A DNA stretch of 64,000 nucleotides from a virus (Duplodnaviria > Caudoviricetes). The position numbers and the translations under genes are program-made. The stretch spans positions 4,118 through 68,117 of the IMG/VR virus record IMGVR_UViG_3300032007_000078; one strand, given 5' to 3'. Below the pieces are notes generated by a model, which saw only the letters and a list, made by a program, of their open reading frames with translations, was not told where the DNA came from and made no database searches. This document shows, one piece after another, positions 12,401-23,219 of this stretch; the stretch's first letter is position 1; the number at the start of each line of letters is the position of its first letter.

Positions 12401-13999
12401 AAAAACTATAATATTGTAGGTAGAGGAACACGTAATAGTTCTGGACAATATGGTGATGAAAATTATGCTAACCGTATAAAAATGGGTCTTACTACTTACA
12501 ATAATTATTCAAATGAAAATCTAGATAGTATTACCCTACAAACAGGAAGTGGATCTGATGGACCAGTAATACCAGGAACCGTTGATCAAAGATGGGTTAT
12601 GTGTGTTAATGATGTAACTAAATGGTACAACAAGAGCATACCTACCTATAATGGAGGAAACGGAAGTCCAAAATATTATAAATCTAAGTGGGGTGAAGTT
12701 AGAGATGATTGTTCCGGTTTAGTAAGTGTCTGTATATCTGCATATACTGAATCTTCGTTTGACTCTGACTCTACTAATCTTAGTTTTAAAGATAATGAGA
12801 TTGGTAAGAAACTAGAAGGAGCTGGATTTGGATACATTAAGTTTACTTCTTGGGGTGCTCTTAAACCTTATGATATTATAGTTTCTCAGGGTCATACAGA
12901 AATTTATGCTGGAAATATAAATGGCTAGGAATGTTCTTTCTCATGGGGTAGCTTACATAATACTAAAACTAATCCTTCAGGTCCACCTTGGCCTTCAGAT
13001 AAATCAAAAGAATATAAAGTAATCTGGAGAAACGGAAGTGGTTCCGGCCCTGACTTTATGTATAATAATGGAATTTAGAGCTTAGATAAGAAAGATAATG
13101 AGCCTACCTCTTTTATTAGCATAATGTTCAAAAGTATTACAGAATCGCTAAAGAATTTTTCTCAAGGATTAGCAGCATCTAATAATGATGTAGTCAGCGC
13201 TTTTGGAAAAGGCTTTGGTGAATTAGTAGAAAAAGCTGAATAGATAGTAGGAAAAACAGAAGAGGTTAAGGATGAAATCAAAAATAAAAAACTTCCTGAT
13301 TCTAAAACAATAAATAATACCAGTACCTCTAACGTAAAAATGGATCTTAATAACTTAACGGAAAAAGATTATACTTTACTTAGAGAATTAGTAAAAAGCC
13401 ATACTATAAATGGAATTGTTGATATTGGTGGATTTACTAAAGAACTTAATGATAAATATGGAATAGATCTAAAGAAATGGTATTAGACTGGAGATGTTGA
13501 AAAGAAAAGACAACTAATAAAAAATCTCTTTGGATTTGATCCATATAGTAATAACTTAACTCTAACTCAATCTAATATTATATCTGGACTTGAGTTACCT
13601 AAACCTTCTTTTGGTAGAGAGTATTTAGATTATCAATAGGTGACAAATGGTGATTCTGTATTACCACATATAGGTACAAATTTCGCTTCCACTTCTATTG
13701 ATAATTTCAAATTTAGTACTGATAGCCTATTTGCTCCTCCAGTATTAAATAAGGATACCTCATTTATAGATGAAGTTAATAAGAATAGAGAAGAAACTAG
13801 TGTTGCACTACAAGATAATGCTACACTTACTTCTAGAACTATTGCTGGAGGTATAGATCATTTATCTAATGTAATTTATCAAAGCGCACAGTACTAGGCA
13901 AATGTTTTTAAAGGATCTTCTAATAAGAGAGGGTAGAATTTTGTTAAAGTAGATAGCTCTATAAACCAAACAGAGGCTTAGGGTATTGGTTATAGTTAA
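9437..13999 (+). CDS. tape measure protein (1520 aa, code 15) with phage-tail-lysozyme-like and NlpC/P60-like peptidase domains
   Basis: Track fragments 9581, 10049, 10985, 12335 and 13640 share one frame. AAAGIIGNL...GIAQF...DFETQ(TAG) fits the phage lysozyme 2 family; DCSGLVS...GHTEIY fits a Cys-His peptidase. Confidence 0.8.
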
Positions 14000-14015
14000 T
14001 TAAAGTTTGAAAACT

Positions 14016-15053
14016 ATGAATGATAAAAATAAATTAAGTGGATGGTATTATGATCTTCAAACTGACTATACTGGACCAGGAAGAATGACATGTGTAACTC
14101 TTCATCCTAGTACTAAAAAACCAAAAGATGAAAATTCTGTTAAGTGGGAAAAATATGAAGGTCCTGGTGATGGAGATGATACTTTCTATCGTAAAGAACC
14201 TGTTGCTATAGCATTGATGGGAGAAGATTTTCAAGTATCTATAGCTAACTCTTGGTCTGACTTTGGAGGAGATATGATAGGATAGATGTGGGATTCTTTA
14301 AGACCTCTAGCTCCGTATGCAGGATATGCTAAAGATATGATAGATAAAATGGTATCTAACTATAAAGAAGCAGATAGGAAAGGTCTTATAAAAGAGAATT
14401 CTCTATCTAAAGCTATAGGTGGTGCTGTAGAAAAGGTTTGGAACTATTATAATAATCATACATAGAACGGTGGAATTTAGGATTACTTAAGTATGGCACT
14501 AGTTTGTATGGGTACTAGATTTTCATACTATTCAGGTACAGGTATTAGTTTTGGGAACATGGTAATGAAATACTATGTAATGCCTAAATGGGAAAACGGA
14601 AAACTTATTACTGTTAATGAATAGCTTGAAGACTTATATCCATACATAGTTGGTCACTTAATGTTAGAAAAAGATGCAGAAGGAAATAATAAGCCAGATC
14701 AATTAATTGCATGGCAACAAGCTCCTGGTGGATTTAAATCAGACTATAGGGATATAGATACTAAACAGGAGGGTACACTATTAATGAAATTTGGTGGTCT
14801 TTACTCAGTTAATAATCTTGTGGTAGAATCCGCTAATCTAGTATTTTCTAAATAGGCAATAAAATAGCCAGTAGTATCTGAAAAATTAAAACAGGCTTAT
14901 AGCCCCTTATTTTGCGAAGTGACATTACAACTAAGACCAGCATCTAAGTTTTCAGACGATCGCTTAAAAGAGTTTGTTAATAATACTGCATCATTAGCAA
15001 CAACTCATGGAGAAATAAGTACACGAATATTAAGAAAACATGTACAAGTCTAA
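14016..15053 (+). CDS. baseplate/tail-tube cap-like protein (code 15)
   Basis: One frame through several TAGs to TAA; position after the tape measure gene. Confidence 0.55.
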
Positions 15054-15345
15054 TAAATCAGTAACAAGTGGTATATGGAATCTGATTAACTATATTGATG
15101 GAATAGATATCTATAATGCTTATTTACTTCAGGAGTTATAGAGACCTGATCTTAGTAGAGAAATTTACGAGATCAAGAATTATCAATATAGACCAGATCT
15201 AATAGCCAAAGATTTTTATGGTTCTGAAAATTATTCTGGACTAATCTTATTATAGACTGGTTTGACACTTTCTAATTTCAAGCGTGGTGTAGTATTAAGT
15301 CTTATCTCAAAGGGCGACTTAGATAATTTACTTAGAAATTTGTAA
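15040..15345 (+). CDS. baseplate wedge protein, T4 gp53-like/LysM-like (101 aa, 2 TAG; absent from the ORF track)
   Basis: YRPDLIAKDFYG hallmark motif; overlaps the upstream stop and ends 1 nt before the next ATG. Confidence 0.8.
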
Positions 15346-15346
15346 T

Positions 15347-16438
15347 ATGGATAATAAAATTTATAACTCTTCTAATGTTTCTGTAGAGTTTACACCATGG
15401 ACAGATTCTGGATATAGAATTACTTCCTTGCGTCTTACAGAAAAACTTGGTGGAACAATACCTAGAGGTGAGTTAAATTTATTATTCGTAGGTAATGAAG
15501 ATATTTCTCAAGATTTTATTAGTACTCAAAACACAGGAACCATAAAATTAGTAGATGAGAAAGATATTGAAAATAGTCTTAAGTATGAATTTGATGTATT
15601 TATAACTCATCGAAAATTTTATGGTAACTATGTTGATCTCGAATTTGTCGTAACTAAAGATGTAGAATTCTTCACTAAACGAATTTCAACCTATCATTAT
15701 AAATCAGTTACTCTTAAAGATAAAATAAAGAGTCTGTTCCCTGGTGATGTAGACTTTAGAAATACTGATCCAGATGTTCCAGATATTTCTATATATCAGA
15801 ACTGTGAAACAAATTTTGAGCTTCTTACTAGATTATGTTACTCTTATAAGAAGGATTCCATATTCTGTTTCTCTTGGGATGGGCTTATTATTAAAGATTT
15901 GGTAGGACAAAGTGATCATCTAGGAAATAAAGAACCCACTATAGAATTAGATACATACAGATTAGTTCAATAGGCTTCTCCATATGAACTGAATTATGAT
16001 AAACTACAAAATCATGAACCATTTAATCCTTGGAAAAAAGGGGATGAGAATACAATGGAGAATGATTATAGTGAGTTTAAGTCTAAATATTTTTCAGTTC
16101 AAATGGATTATCAAAAATATAATGTAGTCGAAAAAGATCATGAACCATATTTAACGAATGCATTGCTTAATACTAAAAAGATGAAATATCCAGGAAATAC
16201 TTCTCTTAAGGTAGTGTCTACAGATATTCCACACTATAAGATTGGTGATGCTCTTAAGGATGTACATGAAGCTAAGAATGTATCACTTAAGATGCCATGG
16301 AAAACTTACGTCGTTTATAGTAATGAGCTTTATTATTCGGTTGATGATAATAATAAGCTTGATGAAAATGGATTTAAATTCTCTTGGACTTCATATTTTT
16401 ACGGAATAGAAGAGAGTCCATTCAACAAACAAGCTTAA
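15347..16438 (+). CDS. baseplate hub protein (gp27/gpD-like), one TAG
   Basis: Fragments 15347 and 16055 are in frame; canonical position between gp53-like and spike genes; QNCETNFELLTRL resembles hub motifs. Confidence 0.6.
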
Positions 16439-16527
16439 ACCTAATTAACCCAGAACGTCCTTAGAGACTACCCTTTAATGTGGATTCTGGGTACAATGAA
16501 ATGATTTTAACTTAAATAGAATGAATT

Positions 16528-17322
16528 ATGAGAATAGAACATAAAATCGACGTTTACATGGGGGTTGTTACTAACGTTATAAAACAACCTTCTACTAGTC
16601 TAAAAGAGTCTGGTGATTCTTTAGAAGAGGACTTAATGAAAGAAAAAGATGCTATGGAACATGTTATTATAGCGGCTGTTCCTGGAGTTTATGAGCATCT
16701 TAGAGCTTGTCCGGAGAAAAATAGTCTTGATGAACCAAAAATTGGGGATAAGGTTATAATTTATGTCTGGGATACTGTTTATAATTCTTACAATACATAC
16801 AGAAAATTAAAAGAAAATGATATTGTAGGATTCAGGGCACATGGTAAAATGGTAGATGTACATCATGATTATATAAAGATTGGTGTATTTGATGAGACTA
16901 CAGAATATAAAGAAGATGAACGTCCTGATACTCCTATTTCTCATATTATAATGGATAAGGATGGTAATATAGATGTTCATGCTTCTTAGAAAATCAATGT
17001 AGTAGGTGATTCTGATTGTGAAGTTCATATATCAGGAAATGTTAAAGTTCAGATAGATGGAAATTCTAAAGTTACTATAAATGGAGATTCTAATGTTTCT
17101 GTAAATGGTAACCTAGATGCTAAAGTAGGTGGAAATATCAATATAGAAGGTGGATCTAATATAGATATAAAATCCTCTGGAACATTAACTACAAAAGGTC
17201 CTACATGGATAGGAAATAATGGTACGGTAGCTCCAGCGACTAAAGGCCCGTTCTGTGGTATTCCAGTTTGTCCACTTACTGGTGCTCCTCATGCTGGTAA
17301 TCAATCATCAGGAGGGAGTTAA
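16528..17322 (+). CDS. baseplate central spike (gp5/gpV-like), code 15
   Basis: After TAG 16987-16989 come 8-residue VxGxxxxx beta-helix repeats and a CPLTGAPH apex motif; N-terminal OB-like region. Confidence 0.8.
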
Positions 17323-17324
17323 TC

Positions 17325-17903
17325 ATGTCAGCTATTACAATATTAGGAAGAAAGCTCGAAAGTGAATTATATTTGGCTACAGATTCTGGATATGTTAATA
17401 ATAGAATTCTGAAATGTATAGCTGATTATATAGAGGAAGAAGTAACTTTCGATGGTATTTTTAGTGGTACCAATGATTCTACTGGTCTTCCTGCTACATT
17501 TAATTTAAGTTTCAGGATAGAGACTAGAGGACTTCGTGATGATACTGTAGTTTTTCAAGATCCTTAGGGTGGAGATGGATATGACTTTTGGATAGATTGG
17601 ATAAGTTAGATATATCAGAAAATTTCATATCATTGTGGATTAAATACATCACCCTCTAATCCTCCTAGTTTTAATGGAGATCAGTATTGTTGGCAGATGG
17701 TTAGTCCTAGCTGGGGAAGAGAAGATTTATTGAGTGCTTATAAAAGTAATATCTATGATCCTTAGGGTATTTGTTTAGATACATTAGCTCGGGGTATAAT
17801 TAAGGATATGAAAATTGACTATATACCTTCAGAGTCTGGAAAAGTAAATAATGGTAGTTATACAGGAGTTTTTAGTGTAACCTAGGTAAATGCTCCAGAG
17901 TAA
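17325..17903 (+). CDS. hypothetical baseplate-associated protein (192 aa, code 15)
   Basis: Starts 2 nt after the spike stop; reads through 4 TAG to TAA. Confidence 0.6.
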
Positions 17904-18464
17904 ATTGCTGTTTTGCGCTTCTAAGACTTTGATTGACTTATATTTGGAAAATGTAATTTCTTTCTTCATAATTTTGTTTATTTTTGTTATTGTTTTTTGT
18001 TTGTTTGTGTGAGCTAGGTTAAAGGATAGATTCGTTCTTTTCCTAGCTCCTTTTTCGAAAAGTGTCCTCGTTTCTAAACGCCAGGAAATAACTGATCCGG
18101 GAAATTTTTTCAAACAAGTTGAAAAAATTCCGTATCACAATTTCTTCGAAATTGCTCTACTTCGTAAACTGAAAGAGGGAGGGAGGGAGGAAGAAAATTA
18201 TTAGGGCGAACTATGTGAGACCTAATAATTTGATGAATCTCGACCGAACTAACATAAAGATTAGTAAGTGACTACTTTTTTAGAAAGTATATTTATTTAA
18301 GGAAATAGACTAAGTTCTCAAACAAAAGTAGTCAATTTTGCTCTTCAGAAGACTTTAATTCCTTATTTCTGAATTGATAAAATTTAGAATATCATTTCAC
18401 GAAGTGAACTGAGATTGATTTCATCAATCTCGTATTTATAGGCTAAAAATAAATATGACGAATT
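17904..18464. other. structured non-coding region upstream of helicase-like gene 1
   Basis: Inverted repeats GAGCTAGG/CCTAGCTC (18011-18049), AATTTTTTCAA/TTGAAAAAATT (about 18103-18129), AATTATTAGG/CCTAATAATT (18196-18230), TGACTACTTTT/AAAAGTAGTCA (18269-18334), GAGATTGA/TCAATCTC (18411-18431). Confidence 0.75.
18355..18366 (+). promoter_or_regulatory. candidate phage promoter motif TTAATTCCTTAT
   Basis: The WWYCCTTAT core recurs upstream of six transcription units in the orientation of the downstream gene. Confidence 0.5.
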
Positions 18465-20513
18465 ATGGTCGAAATAAAGAAGAGTAAAGATGGACTAAAA
18501 AATGTCCTTGAAGTCCCTGGAGGTTATCGTTTTATTAGTGATTGGAAAGAGTATAACTTAGAGGACTTCTGTTTTCCGCATATCTTAGATAAACAGATTC
18601 CAGGTTGCGGATATACTACATATTGTTTATGGAATCAGCAAAACTTAATTCTTGTTTCTCCTAGACGAATACTCTTAGAGAATAAGGCAGAACAAACAGA
18701 ACATGTCTTCTATTTTAAGGTTAGTTCAGCTTCCTTAGATATTGACAAGGACTTAACAAAGATAACAAAGGGTAGTGCAAAGACAAAGAGTTTAAAAACT
18801 ATTGAGAAGGAGAAAGAAGAAAGACTCAAACAGGAGAAATCAATGTTTGAGCAACTAGATCAATACATTGGGAGAAGGATTACAGAGAACAGTCCAATAA
18901 AAATTCTTGTAACTTATGATTCATTCGGAAAGGTAAGACAATTCCTAACATCTCATTATCCATTTCTTACAGGATATGGAACAGGAATGGATAAATTCCA
19001 GATTGTAGTTGATGAGTTCCAGTCGATTTTTATTGATAGCAGATTCAAGTCAGATACTGAGATGGACTTACTTAGAGACCTGTACGGGATTAAGAGAGTT
19101 TGTTTTGTTAGTGCTACTCCAATGATTGATACTTATCTTAGAGAACTTTCAGAGTTTAAAGATCTCCCGTATTATGAAATGGATTGGGCTACTTTAGATC
19201 CTGGAAGAACAAGGAAACCCGACTTAGATGTTCTTCAGATTGGAATTGGAAAATCTGTAGTGACCGAGGCTAAGAAAATTATTCAGACCTACCTAGATGG
19301 AAAGTTTGAAATTCTCCCCAGCAAAGATGGATTTCCTATTCAATCTAAGGAAGCAGTATTCTATATTAATTCTGTTAACAATATTATTGGAATTATCAGG
19401 AAATGTGGTCTTCTTCCGGATCAGGTAAATATATTATGTTCGGATACAGAGCAAAATCAAAAGAGAATCCGAAATAAACTAGGTAAAGCATTTAAGATAG
19501 GTAAAGTTCCGTTGAGGGGAGAAACCCATAAGATGTTTACTTTTTGTACTAGGACCGTATATCTAGGTGCGGATTTCTACTCGACTTGTGCTAGGACTTT
19601 TATCTTAAGTGATGCTAATATCGAATCGTTGGCAGTGGATATTAGTCTCGATCTTCCTCAGATTCTAGGACGTCAGAGATTAGATGAGAATCCTTGGAAA
19701 AATAAAGCCAGATTCTATTATCGAAAACTAAGTGAAACTAAGAAAGTAGATAAGAATTTTTTCGAAGAGGAGATTGAGAGAAAGAAGAAAGAGACAAAAA
19801 ATTTGATGGATATCTTTTATAATTGTGATGAAGATAAGAGAAAATCCTTACTAAAGAAATTTACTACAGCATCTAGGGTCATTATGTATCAGGATGATTA
19901 TGTTTCAGTCAATCCTAGAGATACTGGTCATGAGGTAGTATTTAATAACTTAGTCTTAATTTCTGAACGTCGAGCATTTGATATTCAGCAGATAGATTAT
20001 AGAGATCGTTTTACTATATTTTCTGCTCTTAAGAGTTCGGAGGATGTAGAAATTACTAAGATGTCTAGATTTATTTCTGTACTTCAAGATACTAAGATTC
20101 TATTTTCGAAGAGACTTCAGCTTTTATGTGAGAATGAATTTTACTCGGAGGAAGAGAAGAAGTATATAGCTGAGAAAGTATCAGATCGTTTCAACAAGTA
20201 CTATAATATTTTAGGTCCTGCCAGAATAAAAGCAGCCGGATATAGAACAGAAATTTTAGTAAAAGAAATTTCTAATATGCTAGTCCCAGAAGATTCAATT
20301 AAGGAGAAAATATTAAGTACCTTTGAGGTTAGTAAGAAATATAAAAGAACAGATATAAAATCTAAGTTACAGGAAATATATACTGATCTTGGATTACAGA
20401 AAATAGCAAAGTCAACGGATCTAGAAGAATATTATGAAATAAAGAAAATTAGGTTTACAGATCCGGTAACAAAAACAAGAGATAATGGTTACGAGATATT
20501 AGGAATCAAGTAA
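18465..20513 (+). CDS. SF2 helicase-like / origin-binding-protein-like protein, copy 1 (682 aa, no TAG)
   Basis: Walker-B-like VVDEFQ, motif III SATP, FCTRTVYLGADFY, degenerate Walker A PGCGYT; paralogue of 54093-56159. Confidence 0.75.
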   Translation: MVEIKKSKDGLKNVLEVPGGYRFISDWKEYNLEDFCFPHILDKQIPGCGYTTYCLWNQQNLILVSPRRILLENKAEQTEHVFYFKVSSASLDIDKDLTKITKGSAKTKSLKTIEKEKEERLKQEKSMFEQLDQYIGRRITENSPIKILVTYDSFGKVRQFLTSHYPFLTGYGTGMDKFQIVVDEFQSIFIDSRFKSDTEMDLLRDLYGIKRVCFVSATPMIDTYLRELSEFKDLPYYEMDWATLDPGRTRKPDLDVLQIGIGKSVVTEAKKIIQTYLDGKFEILPSKDGFPIQSKEAVFYINSVNNIIGIIRKCGLLPDQVNILCSDTEQNQKRIRNKLGKAFKIGKVPLRGETHKMFTFCTRTVYLGADFYSTCARTFILSDANIESLAVDISLDLPQILGRQRLDENPWKNKARFYYRKLSETKKVDKNFFEEEIERKKKETKNLMDIFYNCDEDKRKSLLKKFTTASRVIMYQDDYVSVNPRDTGHEVVFNNLVLISERRAFDIQQIDYRDRFTIFSALKSSEDVEITKMSRFISVLQDTKILFSKRLQLLCENEFYSEEEKKYIAEKVSDRFNKYYNILGPARIKAAGYRTEILVKEISNMLVPEDSIKEKILSTFEVSKKYKRTDIKSKLQEIYTDLGLQKIAKSTDLEEYYEIKKIRFTDPVTKTRDNGYEILGIK

Positions 20514-20520
20514 CGAAGTG

Positions 20521-20556
20521 AAATACTAAGAGGATGAGATATTCCTTTTAGTATTT
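20521..20556 (+). terminator. hairpin after helicase-like gene 1
   Basis: AAATACTAAGAGGA-TGAGATAT-TCCTTTTAGTATTT. Confidence 0.65.
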
Positions 20557-20561
20557 AATTT

Positions 20562-20775
20562 CCACCACACCTATTTCTCATATCAATCTAAGCGCTGATC
20601 CTATGAAAATATATCTAATTGCTTCGCGGAATTCTATTTTCAGGATTATGCGCTTAAGGATTATGAGAAGTGAGGGATTTTCCAAGATATACGCACGGAG
20701 AACAAAAATAAGATACGAGAACGCTATTTTTAAGAATTTCGTGCGTAGTGTTTAGGAAAAGTATGTAAGTGGTGG
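20562..20775. other. multibranch structured non-coding element downstream of helicase-like gene 1
   Basis: Outer stem CCACCAC/GTGGTGG encloses the nested pairs TTCTCATA/TATGAGAA and TAAGCGC/GCGCTTA, plus TACGCACG/CGTGCGTA. Confidence 0.7.
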
Positions 20776-20796
20776 TTATATAAAATATAAAAGGGG

Positions 20797-21144
20797 ATGA
20801 GCAAGAAATATTTATTGAGTACGGGTAGGGTAACTGGAATGGTAGAGTATTATATTCTTGACTTATTCCGTCTTTACCTTAGTATTTATCCTGGTGACAT
20901 TCCGGGAGCTAGTTAGATTGGATTTGACTTTACAATTACTGATACATTCAAAGCAAATCTAGAAGATACAGTAAAAAGTAGAGTTGATTCATTAGTTAAG
21001 AAAATATCAGATCAATTTTCTCCTAGTCTTAAAATTAATCTAGAGAGTTGTGATTTGATAGATGATAAGTACGCCAAAGTTGTAGTATCTTGTAATGGTG
21101 TACGTGGAGAAGAGATAACAATAAATCTCTATAACGATTATTAA
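20797..21144 (+). CDS. baseplate wedge protein, gp25-like (115 aa, 1 TAG; absent from the ORF track)
   Basis: YPGDIPGASQIGFDF resembles the gp25 motif; size and position before the gp6-like gene fit. Confidence 0.65.
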
Positions 21145-21164
21145 TAATTTGGCTTTTACATATT

Positions 21165-22682
21165 ATGAAGAGTAAACAGAATTATATTGATATTTACCGT
21201 GGAATAACTAATGGTCTAAATATAACTGGTGAGGGAGCTGAGTTATTAATACAGTTATTAGCGGAAGCGACATATATAAGTGAAGTTGAGTAGGTTACAA
21301 TATCTTAGGAATCTAGTCTTGAGAAATGTACTTTAATGAACTCTAAGATTCAGCACTGTATGAATGATATGTATAGTGTTTATCGTGGAAATTGTCCTCG
21401 TGTTATTCTTAGATTTCGTCCTACCAGTTATTTTGATCTTAAGCCATTCGATACTATAGCTGTCGGAAATAATTATAAGGTTTATTATCTTGGTTACTGG
21501 ACGGGATCGGAAGGTGGAGAATCTAAGAGTTCAGAGACGGATTATATACCTTTGATGGATGGTTTTGTATATGGTCCTAAGATAATACCTCCTTCGATAA
21601 GTGGTTCCGAGTCTGAGGTATATACGATAATAGGAATTCTAGCTCAGACAGAATATCGTCAAACTTTCAAGACAGATTTTTAGAATACTTATTATGTAGA
21701 GTGTACTGAAGAAGACCTAAGTTGTGATATGTGGGTAAAGATAGAAGACCAGTATGTTTCGGTGACTCGTATTTTTGCTGATCACGTAATGAATCGTTCT
21801 GTCTTCGATATGACAATTCCTTCTTTTGGTTCACGTCTTTATCTTGCCGATATCTTAAGAACAGGAAAGGTAAGTAGAGATAGTGTGATAAGCTAGGAGA
21901 ATGTTAATGTAGAAGCTTGTTGGTATAAATATAGTTATCTTAGTTCTTATCCTGAAAATGAGTTACGTAGAATTAACATAAAAGGTGCAGTATTAGTTCC
22001 TTTCGAAGATAATATGTTCCATGGTATTCAGGAGTTGACTACAGGAGTTGTAACTATTGAGGAGAGTTCAAGGGATACTATTTCAACAATACACTACAAA
22101 GCAAATCGAGATAGATATGTAAATAGTATTATTCGCACAAACAGTGATATAGGTAACATTCTTGAGGAAACATATCCAGAAAACATCAAGATTGGTGGAA
22201 CAAGTTATAAATTTAATTCATCTATAACTGGATCTAGCTTAGTATTATATTATGTTCCTCAAGATATAAATAATCTCTTAACATCAGACTAGGTAGAAGA
22301 TTTTAGACAAACAAAATCTGGATATTATATAACTGATAATATTACTATACTACCTGGAACAAAATATACTGCTGTTTTCAACTTAGATGTTATACTTTAT
22401 CAATCAGGCTCTATAGATTCTGAAGTATCTGACATTCTATTATAGTATGAAGATAAATTTAATATAGATTTCAGATCTTTAGGGGGTGAAATTTAGAGCT
22501 TAGTTAGTAAGATATCTAATGTAAAGGAGATATCTAGTTTCAGTATAGATTATATTTCTGATAATGGGATTATAAAATCTCAAGAGGAACTAGATGATAT
22601 GTATGATAACCTATATATGTCATACTATAAAGTTAATTATGTAATTAATAGTAGTATAGTTCAATCTACTGGAAAATTTTAA
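21165..22682 (+). CDS. baseplate wedge protein, gp6/baseplate J-like (505 aa, code 15)
   Basis: Fragments 21336 and 22014 are in frame; QESSLEKCTLMNSKIQHC resembles the gp6 N-terminal pattern. Confidence 0.7.
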
Positions 22683-22685
22683 ATT

Positions 22686-23219
22686 ATGAATATATACATT
22701 CCACCTCATCTCAGGAAAATTGGAATCCTGAAGAATTTATGTGACATTATTACAGAGTATTCTAAGAATTACGTAAATACAGGTTCGTCTTTTGATGATT
22801 ACCAGACTTACCTAAAGATTGATCCAGTTCTGAGATTTATATCTTTATGTATTCCTGAAAGTGGGGTGGAACAAGATTATAAAACCTCCTTAAACTATCT
22901 CACTCATCTGTTCTATAGTGTCAAAGGTACTACTAAGGTATTTGATTATATGAAAAATTTCCTTGGCTTAGAGTTTGAAGGAGATATTGTATATACTTCA
23001 AAGAATCTTAGTTTCTCATTATCCGGTATTAAGGGATCGGATGCATCGTTATTTAATAATTATCTTAAAGATTTCTTAGATTCTTTGTTATACTTTGAGA
23101 CTATAGATTATAAACTTTCTGAAATTTCGATAATCATAGAATCAGATACAGAAGTTTTTACTAACAGTGATATTATAACATATAAACGTTTTAAAGACAT
23201 TACGATTTATGAGAGTTAA
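22686..23219 (+). CDS. baseplate protein (gp7/P2 gpI-like)
   Basis: YSVKGTTKVFDYMKNFLG resembles the gpI-type KGT motif; follows the gp6-like gene. Confidence 0.55.
   Translation: MNIYIPPHLRKIGILKNLCDIITEYSKNYVNTGSSFDDYQTYLKIDPVLRFISLCIPESGVEQDYKTSLNYLTHLFYSVKGTTKVFDYMKNFLGLEFEGDIVYTSKNLSFSLSGIKGSDASLFNNYLKDFLDSLLYFETIDYKLSEISIIIESDTEVFTNSDIITYKRFKDITIYES

Noticed and set aside
18175-18190. G-quadruplex at GAGGGAGGGAGGGAGG
   Set aside because: Only three G3 tracts plus GG; single occurrence with no supporting context.
17895-20800. Target-site duplication or terminal inverted repeats around the helicase-like cassette
   Set aside because: None found by eye at either boundary, so it was not annotated as a mobile element.
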